In this document: piece after piece, positions 50,448 to 60,061 of the stretch
How the letters are laid out: every line of letters begins with the position of its first letter
Position numbering within the stretch: the first letter of the stretch is position 1
Origin: Candidatus Thorarchaeota archaeon
GTDB taxonomy: Archaea > Asgardarchaeota > Thorarchaeia > Thorarchaeales > Thorarchaeaceae
Assembly: GCA_046758445.1 (NCBI GenBank)
Contig: JBHIAE010000002.1
Span: forward strand, 64,001 to 128,000
DNA length: 64,000 bases
Reading direction: 5' to 3'
Position numbers and translations under genes: made by a program
The notes under the pieces: model-generated
What the model saw: only the letters and a program-made list of their open reading frames with translations
What the model was told of the DNA's origin: nothing
Databases searched by the model: none

Positions 50448-52946
50448 TTGTTGACATCAAGGAGACTGAATGTTTTGTCGAAGTTTGAGCCCGCAATCAA
50501 GTCAAAACGATGGAAACCAGAGTCAGAAGAAGAGATACTTGCCCTCTGGTTCGATGAGGATGCGTATGCCTTCAATCCTGATACGAAGAAGACACTCTAC
50601 ACTGTGGACACGCCTCCTCCATACCTGTCAGGTCCCATACATATGGGGAATGTAATCCACTATACCCAGATTGATATCAACGCCCGATTTCGAAGAATGC
50701 AAGGCCTTGAGGTAAACTTCCCGTTGGGCATTGATCGTAATGGCCTACCAGTCGAAGTCAGAGTCGAGAGAAACCTCGGTCTCAAGATGCATGACACACC
50801 CCGTGCCATCTTCCTTCAGAAATGCAAAGAAACTCTGGATAAGGATGAGGAGATACTTGTCAGTGGGTTCAGGCGTTTAGGAATTGGATTCAACACATAC
50901 GAGGAAGAAGGGAGTTACCGAACCGACAGCCCTGAGTACAGGGCTGTTACACAGGCGACTTTCATCGACATATGGAACAAAGGTCTTGTATACCGTGACT
51001 ACCGACCGAACAATTGGTGCTTCGACTGCGGGACCACCATAGCGGATGCTGAGGTAGAGTACTCCGAGCGTCCAACCACCCTGAGCTATCTCTACTTCAA
51101 TGTAGAAGGAATGGAACCAATCAAGATTGCCACATCACGTCCTGAACTTCTTTGTGCCTGTGGAGCAGTGTTCATCCATCCCGATGATGAACGATATCGT
51201 GGATATGCGGGCAAGAAGGCTAAGGTCCCACTCTTCGACTTGGAGGTGCCGATTATTGAGAGTCCAACCGCCCAGATGGACTTCGGTACTGGAGCCCTCA
51301 TGGTGTGCAGCTATGGTGATCAAGCCGACGTGATGGCATTTCGTGACTTTGCTCTGAAACCCATCGCAGCAGTATCCCCTGATGGGACCATGACTGATGC
51401 TGCCGGGAAGTATGCTGGCATGAAGATCGAAGATGCGAGAAAGATGATTGTTGAGGACTTGAAGGAGGGAGAACTACTCTATCATCAGGAATCATCTGTG
51501 CAAAGAGTTCCATTGTGTTGGCGCAGCAAGACCCCAATCGAGTTCATTGCCATGGAAGAGTACTATGTAAAGCAAGTTGAGTTCGTGAAACCTCTCCTTG
51601 AAATCGCTAGAAATGGGACCTTCTATCCTTCCCATCATCGTCAGATCCTCATCGATTGGCTGAACAGAGTAACAGTGGACTGGCCTGTAAGCAGGCGTAG
51701 GTACTATGGCACCGAGCTCCCGATTTGGTACTGCAACTCATGCAAAGAACCAGTGTTGCCTGAAGCCGGAGAACTTCGATACTACCAACCATGGAAGGAC
51801 GATCCCCCGTTCTCCAAATGCCCCAATTGCAGCTCTGATGAGGGATTCACAGGTGAGGAACGCACGTTTGACACTTGGATGGACTCTTCAATAAGTGGGT
51901 TATACGTGGTCGGCTACTTACGCGATGACAAACTCTTCGAGAGGGCATTCAAGAATATCATGCGACCCCAGGGCAAGGACATAGTGAGAACGTGGCTCTA
52001 CTACTCTCTCCTAAGAACTTACCAACTCCTTGAGAAACCCGCGTTCAGTGAGATGTGGATCTCGGGCCACGTGGTGGATGAAAAGGGTGAAACAATGAGC
52101 AAGTCAAAAGGCAACTCACCACCCCCAATGCCCTTTGTGGAGAAGTACGGCGCTGATGCAATGAGGCTCTTCGGCGTAATGGAGGCAGGTCTTGGGAGTG
52201 ACATTCGGTTTGCCGAGGGTCGGCTTGCTGGAGTATCCAAGTTCATCACTAAACTATGGAACATCGCGCGATTCGTGTCCATGTTTCCAATCCCTGAGAG
52301 CATCGACTTCAAGAAACTCACACAGGTTGATCAGTGGATTCTTGCAGAAGTCAACAAGGTCATTGAGCGCATTCTTCCAGACAGTGACGTTCTTGACTTT
52401 CATAGGCCATCGATAGAGATTCGAGGCTTCACTTGGAATCTCTTTGCAGACCACATGGTCGAGATGCTGAAGGGACGATGCTTCAACACTGAAGGGACCT
52501 TCACCAAGGCCGAGCAAGAGTCTGCATGGTTTGCTCTTCATGAAACTCTCAGGGTGATTCTCAAGGCCCTGGCACCTATCACTCCGTTTCTCACGGACAA
52601 AGTGTACAGGGAGCTCTATGACAAAAGAGGTATTCATGGAGAACTCTATCCATCTCCACAAAAGGACTGGAAGTCGAAGCTTGTTGATCAAACAGACCTA
52701 CTTCTCAGGACAAATGGAGGCTTCTGGAAGTTCAAGCGTGAGAACGGGCTTTCGCTTCGCCAGGGCCTTCCAGAGGCATGGATATCGAAGGACCTGGAAT
52801 CGTGGGCAAGGGACCTTCAGGCCATGCATGGAATTGAGAAACTGAACTTTGGAGAACCTAGTGATGAGGGACTTGTGGTAGTGACCCTCACAGAGTCGGA
52901 AGACATCATCTACATTCGAGCACCTGTTTCCTCTGAAGGCGTCTAG
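50448..52946 (+). CDS. valS: valine--tRNA ligase (archaeal type); likely TTG start at 50475
   Basis: DTPPPY, HMGN (HIGH motif), DW..SRRRYYG, DTWMDSS, TMSKSKGN (KMSKS motif). Confidence 0.96.
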   Translation: MLTSRRLNVLSKFEPAIKSKRWKPESEEEILALWFDEDAYAFNPDTKKTLYTVDTPPPYLSGPIHMGNVIHYTQIDINARFRRMQGLEVNFPLGIDRNGLPVEVRVERNLGLKMHDTPRAIFLQKCKETLDKDEEILVSGFRRLGIGFNTYEEEGSYRTDSPEYRAVTQATFIDIWNKGLVYRDYRPNNWCFDCGTTIADAEVEYSERPTTLSYLYFNVEGMEPIKIATSRPELLCACGAVFIHPDDERYRGYAGKKAKVPLFDLEVPIIESPTAQMDFGTGALMVCSYGDQADVMAFRDFALKPIAAVSPDGTMTDAAGKYAGMKIEDARKMIVEDLKEGELLYHQESSVQRVPLCWRSKTPIEFIAMEEYYVKQVEFVKPLLEIARNGTFYPSHHRQILIDWLNRVTVDWPVSRRRYYGTELPIWYCNSCKEPVLPEAGELRYYQPWKDDPPFSKCPNCSSDEGFTGEERTFDTWMDSSISGLYVVGYLRDDKLFERAFKNIMRPQGKDIVRTWLYYSLLRTYQLLEKPAFSEMWISGHVVDEKGETMSKSKGNSPPPMPFVEKYGADAMRLFGVMEAGLGSDIRFAEGRLAGVSKFITKLWNIARFVSMFPIPESIDFKKLTQVDQWILAEVNKVIERILPDSDVLDFHRPSIEIRGFTWNLFADHMVEMLKGRCFNTEGTFTKAEQESAWFALHETLRVILKALAPITPFLTDKVYRELYDKRGIHGELYPSPQKDWKSKLVDQTDLLLRTNGGFWKFKRENGLSLRQGLPEAWISKDLESWARDLQAMHGIEKLNFGEPSDEGLVVVTLTESEDIIYIRAPVSSEGV

Positions 52947-52993
52947 ACCCTAGGTCCTAGAAACCTGATTAACCCCGCCTGTCCCCGTCCCGT

Positions 52994-53440
52994 CTATTTG
53001 ACTAACACGTCATTCTCATGTTCCGTTGGGCACCTCATACTGTTTGACACTAGGCAGTATTTCTCTGCAAGCTCGAGGGCTCTCTCTGTCTTGTGCCGGA
53101 GTTCTTCCGACTCAATTATGACTGTAGTCTTCAAGTAAATCTTGGTGAATTGAAAGCCCTTTCCGACTCTCTCCAGAGTTCCCTTGCCCTCACAGCTGAA
53201 TGACTTGAAGCTGAATCTCATCTTGTCTGTGAACGCGACGAATGTTGTCATGAAGCAGGCCGTTGCAGAACCTACAAAGAGATCCTCAGGTGAGATGATT
53301 CCCTCCGGCCCGCCAAACTCAGGTGGTGATGCAACCACCATCTCAGGTTTTCCTTGGACAATGAAGTTGCCTACTCTCCCTTCATTCCAGTCCACTCTTA
53401 CTTCGTATTCATGCAAGTCCTGACTCAATCTGCTCGCCAT
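52994..53440 (-). CDS. OsmC family peroxiredoxin-like protein
   Basis: PPEFGG, SPEDLF, AC..T, KYCLVS. Confidence 0.9.
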   Translation of the reverse strand: MASRLSQDLHEYEVRVDWNEGRVGNFIVQGKPEMVVASPPEFGGPEGIISPEDLFVGSATACFMTTFVAFTDKMRFSFKSFSCEGKGTLERVGKGFQFTKIYLKTTVIIESEELRHKTERALELAEKYCLVSNSMRCPTEHENDVLVK

Positions 53441-53483
53441 GACCCCTCATCGAGGTCCATTGGAAAAGGGTTTGGGTCTATAC

Positions 53484-53918
53484 TCACTCTACAACAATCT
53501 CATTCTCATGTGCGATTGATGACTTCATGGAGTTTCCGACAAAGCAATACTTTGCACCCAAGTACAATGCTCTCTCAAACTTCGGTCTTAGCTTCTCTGA
53601 GTCAATCACCAACTTGGACTTAATCTCGATTCTTGTAATCTCGAAGCTCTTCCCAATCTGTTCTAGAGTACCTGACCCCATGCATTCGAACGACTGAAAG
53701 TCGATATGCATCTTTCTTGTGAAGTAGATGAAGGAGTTCATGAAGCAGACTGTGACTGATGCCACAAAGAGGTGTTCAGGAGTATAGAGGCCGGGAGTGC
53801 TCTCCTCCCCCTTCGGTCTTGATACCTTGATGCTCTGCCTCCCCTGAATTTGTACCTTCCCGCCCTCCTTATGGTCCCAGAAAACATTGACATCGTAAAG
53901 CTTTAGCTCCTCACTCAT
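53484..53918 (-). CDS. OsmC family protein (tandem paralog)
   Basis: TPEHLF, VCF, KYCFVG. Confidence 0.88.
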   Translation of the reverse strand: MSEELKLYDVNVFWDHKEGGKVQIQGRQSIKVSRPKGEESTPGLYTPEHLFVASVTVCFMNSFIYFTRKMHIDFQSFECMGSGTLEQIGKSFEITRIEIKSKLVIDSEKLRPKFERALYLGAKYCFVGNSMKSSIAHENEIVVE

Positions 53919-53987
53919 TTACATCACAAGGTGCAGAATGACTTGAACCACAGGAAAAGGCTTTGGGAATGGGCCTGATTGAATCAT

Positions 53988-54878
53988 CTATAGCTCCAGC
54001 ATCAGCTTCTTGAGCTTCTCAGTGATTCTCAACGCCTCTTTCCATTCTCTCTGCCACAAGTTCCGGCCAAACAAGAGACCCGCCGCGCCCTGCTCAAGAC
54101 AAGTCTTTGCTTTGTAGATTAGGTCATCGTCACCTAGCATGCTGCCACCAGAAAAGAGAACCAACGTCTTGCCAGCGGACTCTATGACCTTCTTGACTCT
54201 CTCTTCGTAGCTGAGTTCCAAGCTATCGTAGGGCTCCGGCTGCTGCGATTTTCTCTTCGGGTCGTCCTCAGGAACATTTAGCTTTACAGCATCAGCACCC
54301 AACTCATTGGCTATTCTGGCAGCGTAATCCACGGCATAGAGTGACTTCTTTCCTCCCTTCTCCTCAACGGCCTCGCCACGAGGATAGGACCAGAGGATGA
54401 TAGGCATCCCAAAACGATCTGCTTCGGCCTTCACTCTTCTGAACTGATTAAAGTCTTCAACCTGCTTAGGACTACCAACATAGAGCGTATATCCGATGGC
54501 ATCTGCTCCAATTCTGACAGCATCTTCCACAGAGGCCGTCATAGGAGACAAGGCGTGAGCATCAGAGGGAATCTTTGTCTTCCCGTTTAATTTCAGCACA
54601 ATCGGGACTCTGCCGGCATACTTTGCGCCATATTTCTCTGCCAATCCGAGATGGAGTGCAATACCAGAGTAGCCACCCTCGTCAGCGAGTCTGAACTGAA
54701 ACTCAGGGTCCTCGCTTGGAGGATTCGGAAAGAAGGACACAGGGCCATGTTCCATTCCCTGATCTATGGGCAGAATCAGTAGGCGGCCATTTCCCGGTCC
54801 ATGCTTATACATCAGCCTGTGAAGCCTAGTTCTCTTACCCAGGCCTAGGTAGTCTAGGTCGTCAAGATTCAGTACCAT
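53988..54878 (-). CDS. class I (archaeal/DhnA-type) fructose-bisphosphate aldolase
   Basis: PIDQGMEHGP, WSYPRG, ELGADAVK, SGG, FGRNLWQ. Confidence 0.92.
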   Translation of the reverse strand: MVLNLDDLDYLGLGKRTRLHRLMYKHGPGNGRLLILPIDQGMEHGPVSFFPNPPSEDPEFQFRLADEGGYSGIALHLGLAEKYGAKYAGRVPIVLKLNGKTKIPSDAHALSPMTASVEDAVRIGADAIGYTLYVGSPKQVEDFNQFRRVKAEADRFGMPIILWSYPRGEAVEEKGGKKSLYAVDYAARIANELGADAVKLNVPEDDPKRKSQQPEPYDSLELSYEERVKKVIESAGKTLVLFSGGSMLGDDDLIYKAKTCLEQGAAGLLFGRNLWQREWKEALRITEKLKKLMLEL

Positions 54879-54928
54879 CGTCCTTCAACCTCTTGTGTCG
54901 TGTGCGGAGTCATGTACACCCCTGGCTT

Positions 54929-55717
54929 TCAAGTCTTCCCACGATTTGGTTTCTCGGCTCTGAAGACCAGGAAGAATGGAATGCGTTTCTCGCGGTTGAA
55001 GAAGCTTTCCCTGCTGATTGGCTGCGGCTCTTCAATACTTGTGATTTGAAAACCAACTTCGACCAGTGTATTCACATAGGTAGAGATGGTTCTATGAAAG
55101 AAGATTATCGGCTGTGGAAACTTCTCCCCATTGCGAGTCTTCCAGTACCTTTCATACACCTTCTCATTGAAGTATTGATCGACCTTGAAGAAGAGCCCTT
55201 TCCTTCTCTGAGTATCAGGATCCTTCGGTCCCATCTCCCATGCGCCGGGCCCGTAGAAGTTGAAGGCTGGGTGAGCAATCGAGAAGACGAGGATGCCACC
55301 GGGATTTAGCACACGATAGAAACTCTGGAAGGCCTCTCTCAAGCAAGGCGAATTCAAGAGGACTAGATTACAGAGGACCTGATCAAACTCCTCCTCAGAC
55401 ACACCATCAAGACCACATATATCCCCAATACGATAGTCTATCCCGAGTGAGTCCTGGTCCGGATGTTCTCTACAGATCTCAATCAGTTTAGCAGACACAT
55501 CAATGCCTGTTACAATGGCTCCTCTTCTTGCGTAGTGCCGGGATAGGTACCCCTCTCCACAACCAGCATCAAGGAGCTTCTTTCCCTTTACTTGGCCCAA
55601 CATTCCTTCTACACAAGGATTGAGGATAGACTGATGGTGTGGAGTTCCCTCGTCACCTATCAGCTCTGCATATGCCTCTGCGTTACTCTCCCATTGCTTT
55701 CCTATATCGTCTTCCAT
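54929..55717 (-). CDS. class I SAM-dependent methyltransferase
   Basis: LLDAGCGEG, HPAF, FHRTIS.Y. Confidence 0.9.
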   Translation of the reverse strand: MEDDIGKQWESNAEAYAELIGDEGTPHHQSILNPCVEGMLGQVKGKKLLDAGCGEGYLSRHYARRGAIVTGIDVSAKLIEICREHPDQDSLGIDYRIGDICGLDGVSEEEFDQVLCNLVLLNSPCLREAFQSFYRVLNPGGILVFSIAHPAFNFYGPGAWEMGPKDPDTQRRKGLFFKVDQYFNEKVYERYWKTRNGEKFPQPIIFFHRTISTYVNTLVEVGFQITSIEEPQPISRESFFNREKRIPFFLVFRAEKPNRGKT

Positions 55718-55844
55718 AGGCAGTGTCCTGACCTCAAACCTTCTGAAACTTTCGTATGATATGCCCATCGGACCATCTTGGTTTCGCGGGCGGAATGAAT
55801 CTTCAAAAATGCCATCACGAAACTGATTGTTTCACAGAATAAGT

Positions 55845-55951
55845 TGGTGGACCGGGCGAGATTCGAACTCGCGACCTTTCGGACATTCGATCTACCGGGC
55901 AAACCAGCAGGCTTGCGAACCGAACGATCTACCAGGCTGATCTACCGGCCC
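55845..55951 (-). tRNA. tRNA-Ala(CGC) with 30-nt intron (55884-55913) at 37/38; CCA encoded
   Basis: GGGCCGG/CCGGTCC acceptor with G3:U70, TTCGG-TT-CGC-A/intron/T-CCGAA, BHB helix TTCG/CGAA. Confidence 0.95.
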
Positions 55952-56018
55952 ACGTCTTGCTCGAAAATCCACGATGGATTTCTTAAAACCTTGTCTACTA
56001 AGTGGACTCGAAACTCAA

Positions 56019-56309
56019 TCAAATCTCTATTCCGAAAGCCTCAGAGAACTTCTCCATCTTGACGAACTCTCTTAGAAACTCCCGACCCTTTTCGGTCAGC
56101 ACATATACTCTGTTCCCTCCAACGTCGATTTCACGGATTAGTTCCTTGTCTACGAGCTCCCCAAGATACTGGGTAAGTCTGTCGTGAGACAGATTGGCAC
56201 TATAGAGGATCTTTGTCGGGCCTGCACCTTCCTCACTCTCACTCTGGATGGTGCGCATCATATCAGCAAGGATGCGCATCTTTGAGCGATACGCCCGTTT
56301 CCTGCTCAT
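56019..56309 (-). CDS. winged-helix regulator (COG3432/ArnR1-like)
   Basis: RSKMRILADM, PTKILYSANLS, YL..L, LTEKG. Confidence 0.85.
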   Translation of the reverse strand: MSRKRAYRSKMRILADMMRTIQSESEEGAGPTKILYSANLSHDRLTQYLGELVDKELIREIDVGGNRVYVLTEKGREFLREFVKMEKFSEAFGIEI

Positions 56310-56929
56310 TCCTCACGGCCTACCTTGATTAGCATGACCAAGAGCGCGAGAAATCCGAGAAGCTGGAGTATTTGGCTAATGAGGTAGCCCTGCCCCACTT
56401 CCCCGAATATTGCCGCCACATGACTCAGCAAAAGTAGGAAGAAGCCCACCAAAACATACAGTCCAAAACGGCTTCTAGTTGATGCATAGTTCATCAGTGA
56501 CTGAAGGACGACAACGACTAGTATGATCAATGCCACTATCTCGAGGCTTGGGTCCAGAAGTATGGGAACTTGCATTAGCAAGACCATCTCAGGCACTGAC
56601 CTTACCGTGTGATGAGTGGAAACAGCGAACAGGAGGTATGCCATGATCCGCATGAAACCATGTGCCAGCGTCACCACCAGAATCAGGGTCTGAGTCTGCC
56701 CAGTTGCGCCTTGAGACCCTAGTAGAACAAAGAAGTAGAGCGTTCCAATCACTCGGCCGAATAACCCTGCAGACAGCACCATGAAGCCTGTTGAGAGGTC
56801 CGCCAATCTCTTCTGTTCTGTCAGTCTATATGCCTTGTTAGCATAGTGAGAAATCAATAGTGCGATTATTCCGCTAACGGTCTCGAAGAGGAGATCAAGC
56901 CTGATTAGCGCTGGAGTAAGGCCCTGCAT
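56306..56929 (-). CDS. six-TM membrane protein, coupled to the wHTH gene
   Basis: Hydrophobic helices; ATGA overlap with 56019-56309. Confidence 0.75.
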   Translation of the reverse strand: MQGLTPALIRLDLLFETVSGIIALLISHYANKAYRLTEQKRLADLSTGFMVLSAGLFGRVIGTLYFFVLLGSQGATGQTQTLILVVTLAHGFMRIMAYLLFAVSTHHTVRSVPEMVLLMQVPILLDPSLEIVALIILVVVVLQSLMNYASTRSRFGLYVLVGFFLLLLSHVAAIFGEVGQGYLISQILQLLGFLALLVMLIKVGREE

Positions 56930-57146
56930 CTATGAACCTCTTTTTCGGATTTCTCCGTCTTGTTCTTTATTGCAAGTGGATGAATCGTCTATGACATTTG
57001 GCTGATTTGGTGATTAATCCGACTGCAATCTACACTCTTGGCGCCCAATTCGGCGCCGAATCCGCGGAGAATCTTGCTAGACGAATGATACAGAGTCATC
57101 GTTCATTCACTCTTTATAATCAGAATTCGTAGTTTCGGTTACATAG

Positions 57147-57203
57147 ATGGAAGAATCCGACAGCTGCGCGCAGTGGACAGATATCTCCTGCCTCTGCGAA
57201 TGA
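57147..57203 (+). CDS. putative 18-aa Cys-rich micropeptide MEESDSCAQWTDISCLCE
   Basis: TTTATAA box 57113-57119 at leaderless spacing; followed by GCGGGG/CCCCGT hairpin and pyrimidine tract. Confidence 0.45.
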   Translation: MEESDSCAQWTDISCLCE

Positions 57204-57298
57204 ATGGCGGGGTTTCCACCCCGTCCTTCCATCACCTTCTTCTCACGTCATAGTTGCAACAGCTTAATACAGAATGATAGTCTAGGAATCAATGGTTC

Positions 57299-57790
57299 GT
57301 GGTATTGTCGCAATGTGTTCGGTGTGGTGCACAAGTGGGTGATTCAGCAGAGAGAGTCTTCCGTAGAGGTGAAGGCAGATACCCATTGCTATGCGAACCT
57401 TGCATGCTGCGGGAGATGATTCGGCGGTCAGCAGAGCGCGTCTTGTGCGAATCATGTGGTCGACGGATTGAATCCATCCGTCGAATTGCCATCAGGGACA
57501 TGGAGGGACACGGGCAAAGCCCTTCGCGTCTATGTCTTGCCTGTTTGAGGAAGCAACTTGATGAGTCGGCCACCGCCCCCTATGTTCATCCTAGGCACGG
57601 CACAAAGCGTGGCTTGTACAGAGATGATAGGCCGCCGGATGGGTCGCCATTCATTCAACGGACCAAACACAAGGTTCTCTGTCCATGGTGTTTCTTCTCG
57701 CTCTCATCCAAAGACATTACGCAACTCGTGGAGGAAGGAGAGATTCACTGCCACGACTGCGGAGCCACACTGACACCTGACATTCTGTAG
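57299..57790 (+). CDS. multi-CxxC zinc-finger hypothetical protein
   Basis: Six CxxC pairs (CVRC, CEPC, CESC, CLAC, CPWC, CHDC). Confidence 0.65.
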   Translation: MVLSQCVRCGAQVGDSAERVFRRGEGRYPLLCEPCMLREMIRRSAERVLCESCGRRIESIRRIAIRDMEGHGQSPSRLCLACLRKQLDESATAPYVHPRHGTKRGLYRDDRPPDGSPFIQRTKHKVLCPWCFFSLSSKDITQLVEEGEIHCHDCGATLTPDIL

Positions 57791-57877
57791 AATCTAATAC
57801 CTAGAGAGATGAGTCGCATTCTATCGAATCAAATGCATCAGAACTGCCCCTCTGAGTGGGTGTGTTCCGGTCCCTTG

Positions 57878-57891
57878 GAAAGCTTTTTATC
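57878..57891 (+). promoter_or_regulatory. probable BRE/TATA of the 16S transcription unit
   Basis: GAAAGC-TTTTTAT about 320 nt upstream of the mature 16S 5' end. Confidence 0.55.
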
Positions 57892-59080
57892 GGAATTGCT
57901 CGGGATTCATTCAGCCTTCGCGCCCTAACGGTGTCAGACCTGATGCTGTCGGCGAGTGCCAAGCGATGATGGTCCGTGATTTCCAGGCGCGAGAATAAGA
58001 TGCGGACGTGAGATAGACCGGTGCAATTGTGCCGGAATCCCCTCGTGTCTAAGATATGCTCAACAGTGTGCAGGTTAATTGGGTAAGTTCACCAACTATC
58101 CCCGTTACGCCTGTACTTCATCAAGCTAAGTTCAAGTGTGTATGAAGGTCATGCGCTGGACCGATACTACTCCGGTCTACCTTGCCAATGTGCATGATTG
58201 AGATCAACTCTAGTTGATCCTGCTAGAGGACACTGCTATCGGCTTGGGGTTAAGACATGCAAGTGGAACGGGCTCGCATCCGAGTCCGTCGCGAACGGCT
58301 CAGTAGTGTCGCTAACCTACCCTGTGGAGGTGGACACCGCCGGGAAACTGGCGTTAATCCACCGTAGGAGCATTGTTCTGGAAATGATGTTGCTCTGATA
58401 TGGGGGCCCTAGGTATGTTGGGCTCTCCGCCGCAGGACGGGGCGGCACCGGATCATACTTGTAAGTGGGGTAATTGCCCACTTAGGTTGTGACCCGAACG
58501 GGCGATGTAAGTCGTGGCCCGGAGAAGGGCACTGAGACAAGGGCCCTAGCCCCACGGGGTGCAGCAGTTACGAAACCTCACCAATGCGCGAAAGCGTGAG
58601 TGGGCCAAGCCGAGTGATGGGGGATAACTCCATCTGTGGCGAATCCGTATGATGGATTGCTAGAAAGGAGAGGGCAAGGCTGGTGCCAGCCGCCGCGGTA
58701 AAACCAGCTCTTCGAGTTGTGTCCATGATTATTGAGCTTAAAGCGTTCGTAGCCTGTTTGGTAGGTTCCTGCTTAAATCCGGCCGCCCAACGGTCGGCCT
58801 GGTAGGAATACCGCCTTACTTGGGAGCGGGAGACGGCGACGGTATTTCACAGGTAAGGGTGAAATCTAATGATCTGTGGAGGACCACCAGTGGCGAAGGC
58901 GGTCGCCGAGAACGCGTCCGACGGTGAGGGACGAAACCCAGGGGAGCGAATCGGATTAGATACCCGAGTAGTCCTGGGCGTAAACGATGCCCGTTAAGTG
59001 TTGCATTGGCCACGAGCCACTGCGGTGCTGTAGCGAAAGCGATAAACGGGCCGCTTGGGAAGTACGGTCGCAAGACTGAA

Positions 59081-59110
59081 TTTGAGAGCCGCTCCGACTC
59101 TCGACAGGTC
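59081..59110 (+). other. 16S intron 1 (30 nt, after about E. coli 908)
   Basis: Removal restores GACTGAA|ACTTAAAGG; relaxed BHB (ACTG/CAGG), stem TTGAGAG/CTCTCGA. Confidence 0.9.
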
Positions 59111-59149
<39 letters not shown>

Positions 59150-59554
59150 GCTTGCGGTTTAATTGGACTCAACGCCGGAAAACTTACCCGCCCAGACAGC
59201 CGGATGAGAGCCAGACTGATGATCTTGCTCGACGAGCTGAGAGCTGGTGCATGGCCATCGTAAATTCGTGCCGTGAGGTATCAGCTTAAGTGCTGCAACG
59301 AATGAGATCCCTGCCACCTAGTTGCCAGCCGGGGGCTTCGGCCCTGTCGGGGCACACTAGGGGGACCGCCAGCGAAAAGCTGGAGGAAGGTGGGGGCCAC
59401 GGTAGGTCCGTATGCCGCGATATGGGCGGGGCCACACGCGTGCTACAATGGCAAGGACAATGCGTTACGACACCGAGAGGTGAAGTCAATCGCGAAACCT
59501 TGTCGTAGTTGGGATCGGGGGTTGGAACTCACCCCCGTGAACCTGGAATCCCTA

Positions 59555-59584
59555 TCGACTGCAGACTCCCTGTAGTCGGGGAAA
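59555..59584 (+). other. 16S intron 2 (30 nt, after about 1346)
   Basis: Removal restores GGAATCCCTA|GTA; BHB helix TCCC/GGGA, stem CGACTGCAG/CTGTAGTCG. Confidence 0.92.
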
Positions 59585-59624
59585 GTATCCGCGTGTCACT
59601 ATCGCGCGGAGAATACGTCCCTGC

Positions 59625-59654
59625 AGGGGACGTGAATCCCACGTACCCGGGGAA
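59625..59654 (+). other. 16S intron 3 (30 nt, after about 1386)
   Basis: Removal restores GTCCCTGC|TTCTTGCACACA; helix CCCT/GGGG, stem GGGGACGTG/CACGTACCC. Confidence 0.9.
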
Positions 59655-59757
59655 TTCTTGCACACACCGCCCGTCGCTCCATGCGAGCGGCTTCTGGGTG
59701 AGGCGTTATCCTTTGGGTGATTACGAATCTGGGGGTCGCAAGTAGGGAGAAGTCGTA

Positions 59758-59787
59758 ACTGCGTCACACTTCGTGGCGTGGCGGAAC
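59758..59787 (+). other. 16S intron 4 (30 nt, after about 1499)
   Basis: Removal restores AAGTCGTA|ACAAGGTA; helix GTCG/CGGA (relaxed), stem CTGCGTCAC/GTGGCGTGG. Confidence 0.9.
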
Positions 59788-59819
59788 ACAAGGTATCCGT
59801 AGCGGAAGCTGCGGATGGA

Positions 59820-59850
59820 AGAAGTAGAGAGTCACTCTCGCTTCCATCAA
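59820..59850 (+). other. 16S intron 5 (31 nt, after about 1531, just before the anti-SD)
   Basis: Removal restores GGATGGA|TCACCTCCT; perfect helix GATG/CATC, bulges GA/A and AA/T. Confidence 0.92.
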
Positions 59851-60061
59851 TCACCTCCTATGTTTTCTACTTCATAGAGGTAGAAGCAGCTTGCTTGCAG
59901 TCCCTCGGGACTGCGAGAGAAGTACGGGCCTTCGACGACGGGGAATGCGGTGCAATCGTGACAGGTTGCCCAAGGCACGGGAACTTGCCCTAGCCGCTCA
60001 CTGTTGAGCACCCTTTTCATTTTGCATTAGATATTCCAAGATGAGATGACACTCCGTTCGA

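Noticed and set aside
57201-57419. UGA read-through (selenocysteine) joining the 18-aa peptide to ORF 57204-57419
   Set aside because: The frames match, but the extension has no protein-like motif, overlaps the zinc-finger gene and runs through a terminator-like hairpin; no SECIS recognised
58207-59080. Additional introns in the 5' and central 16S domains
   Set aside because: Conserved motifs read continuously and the spliced length is already about 1500 nt
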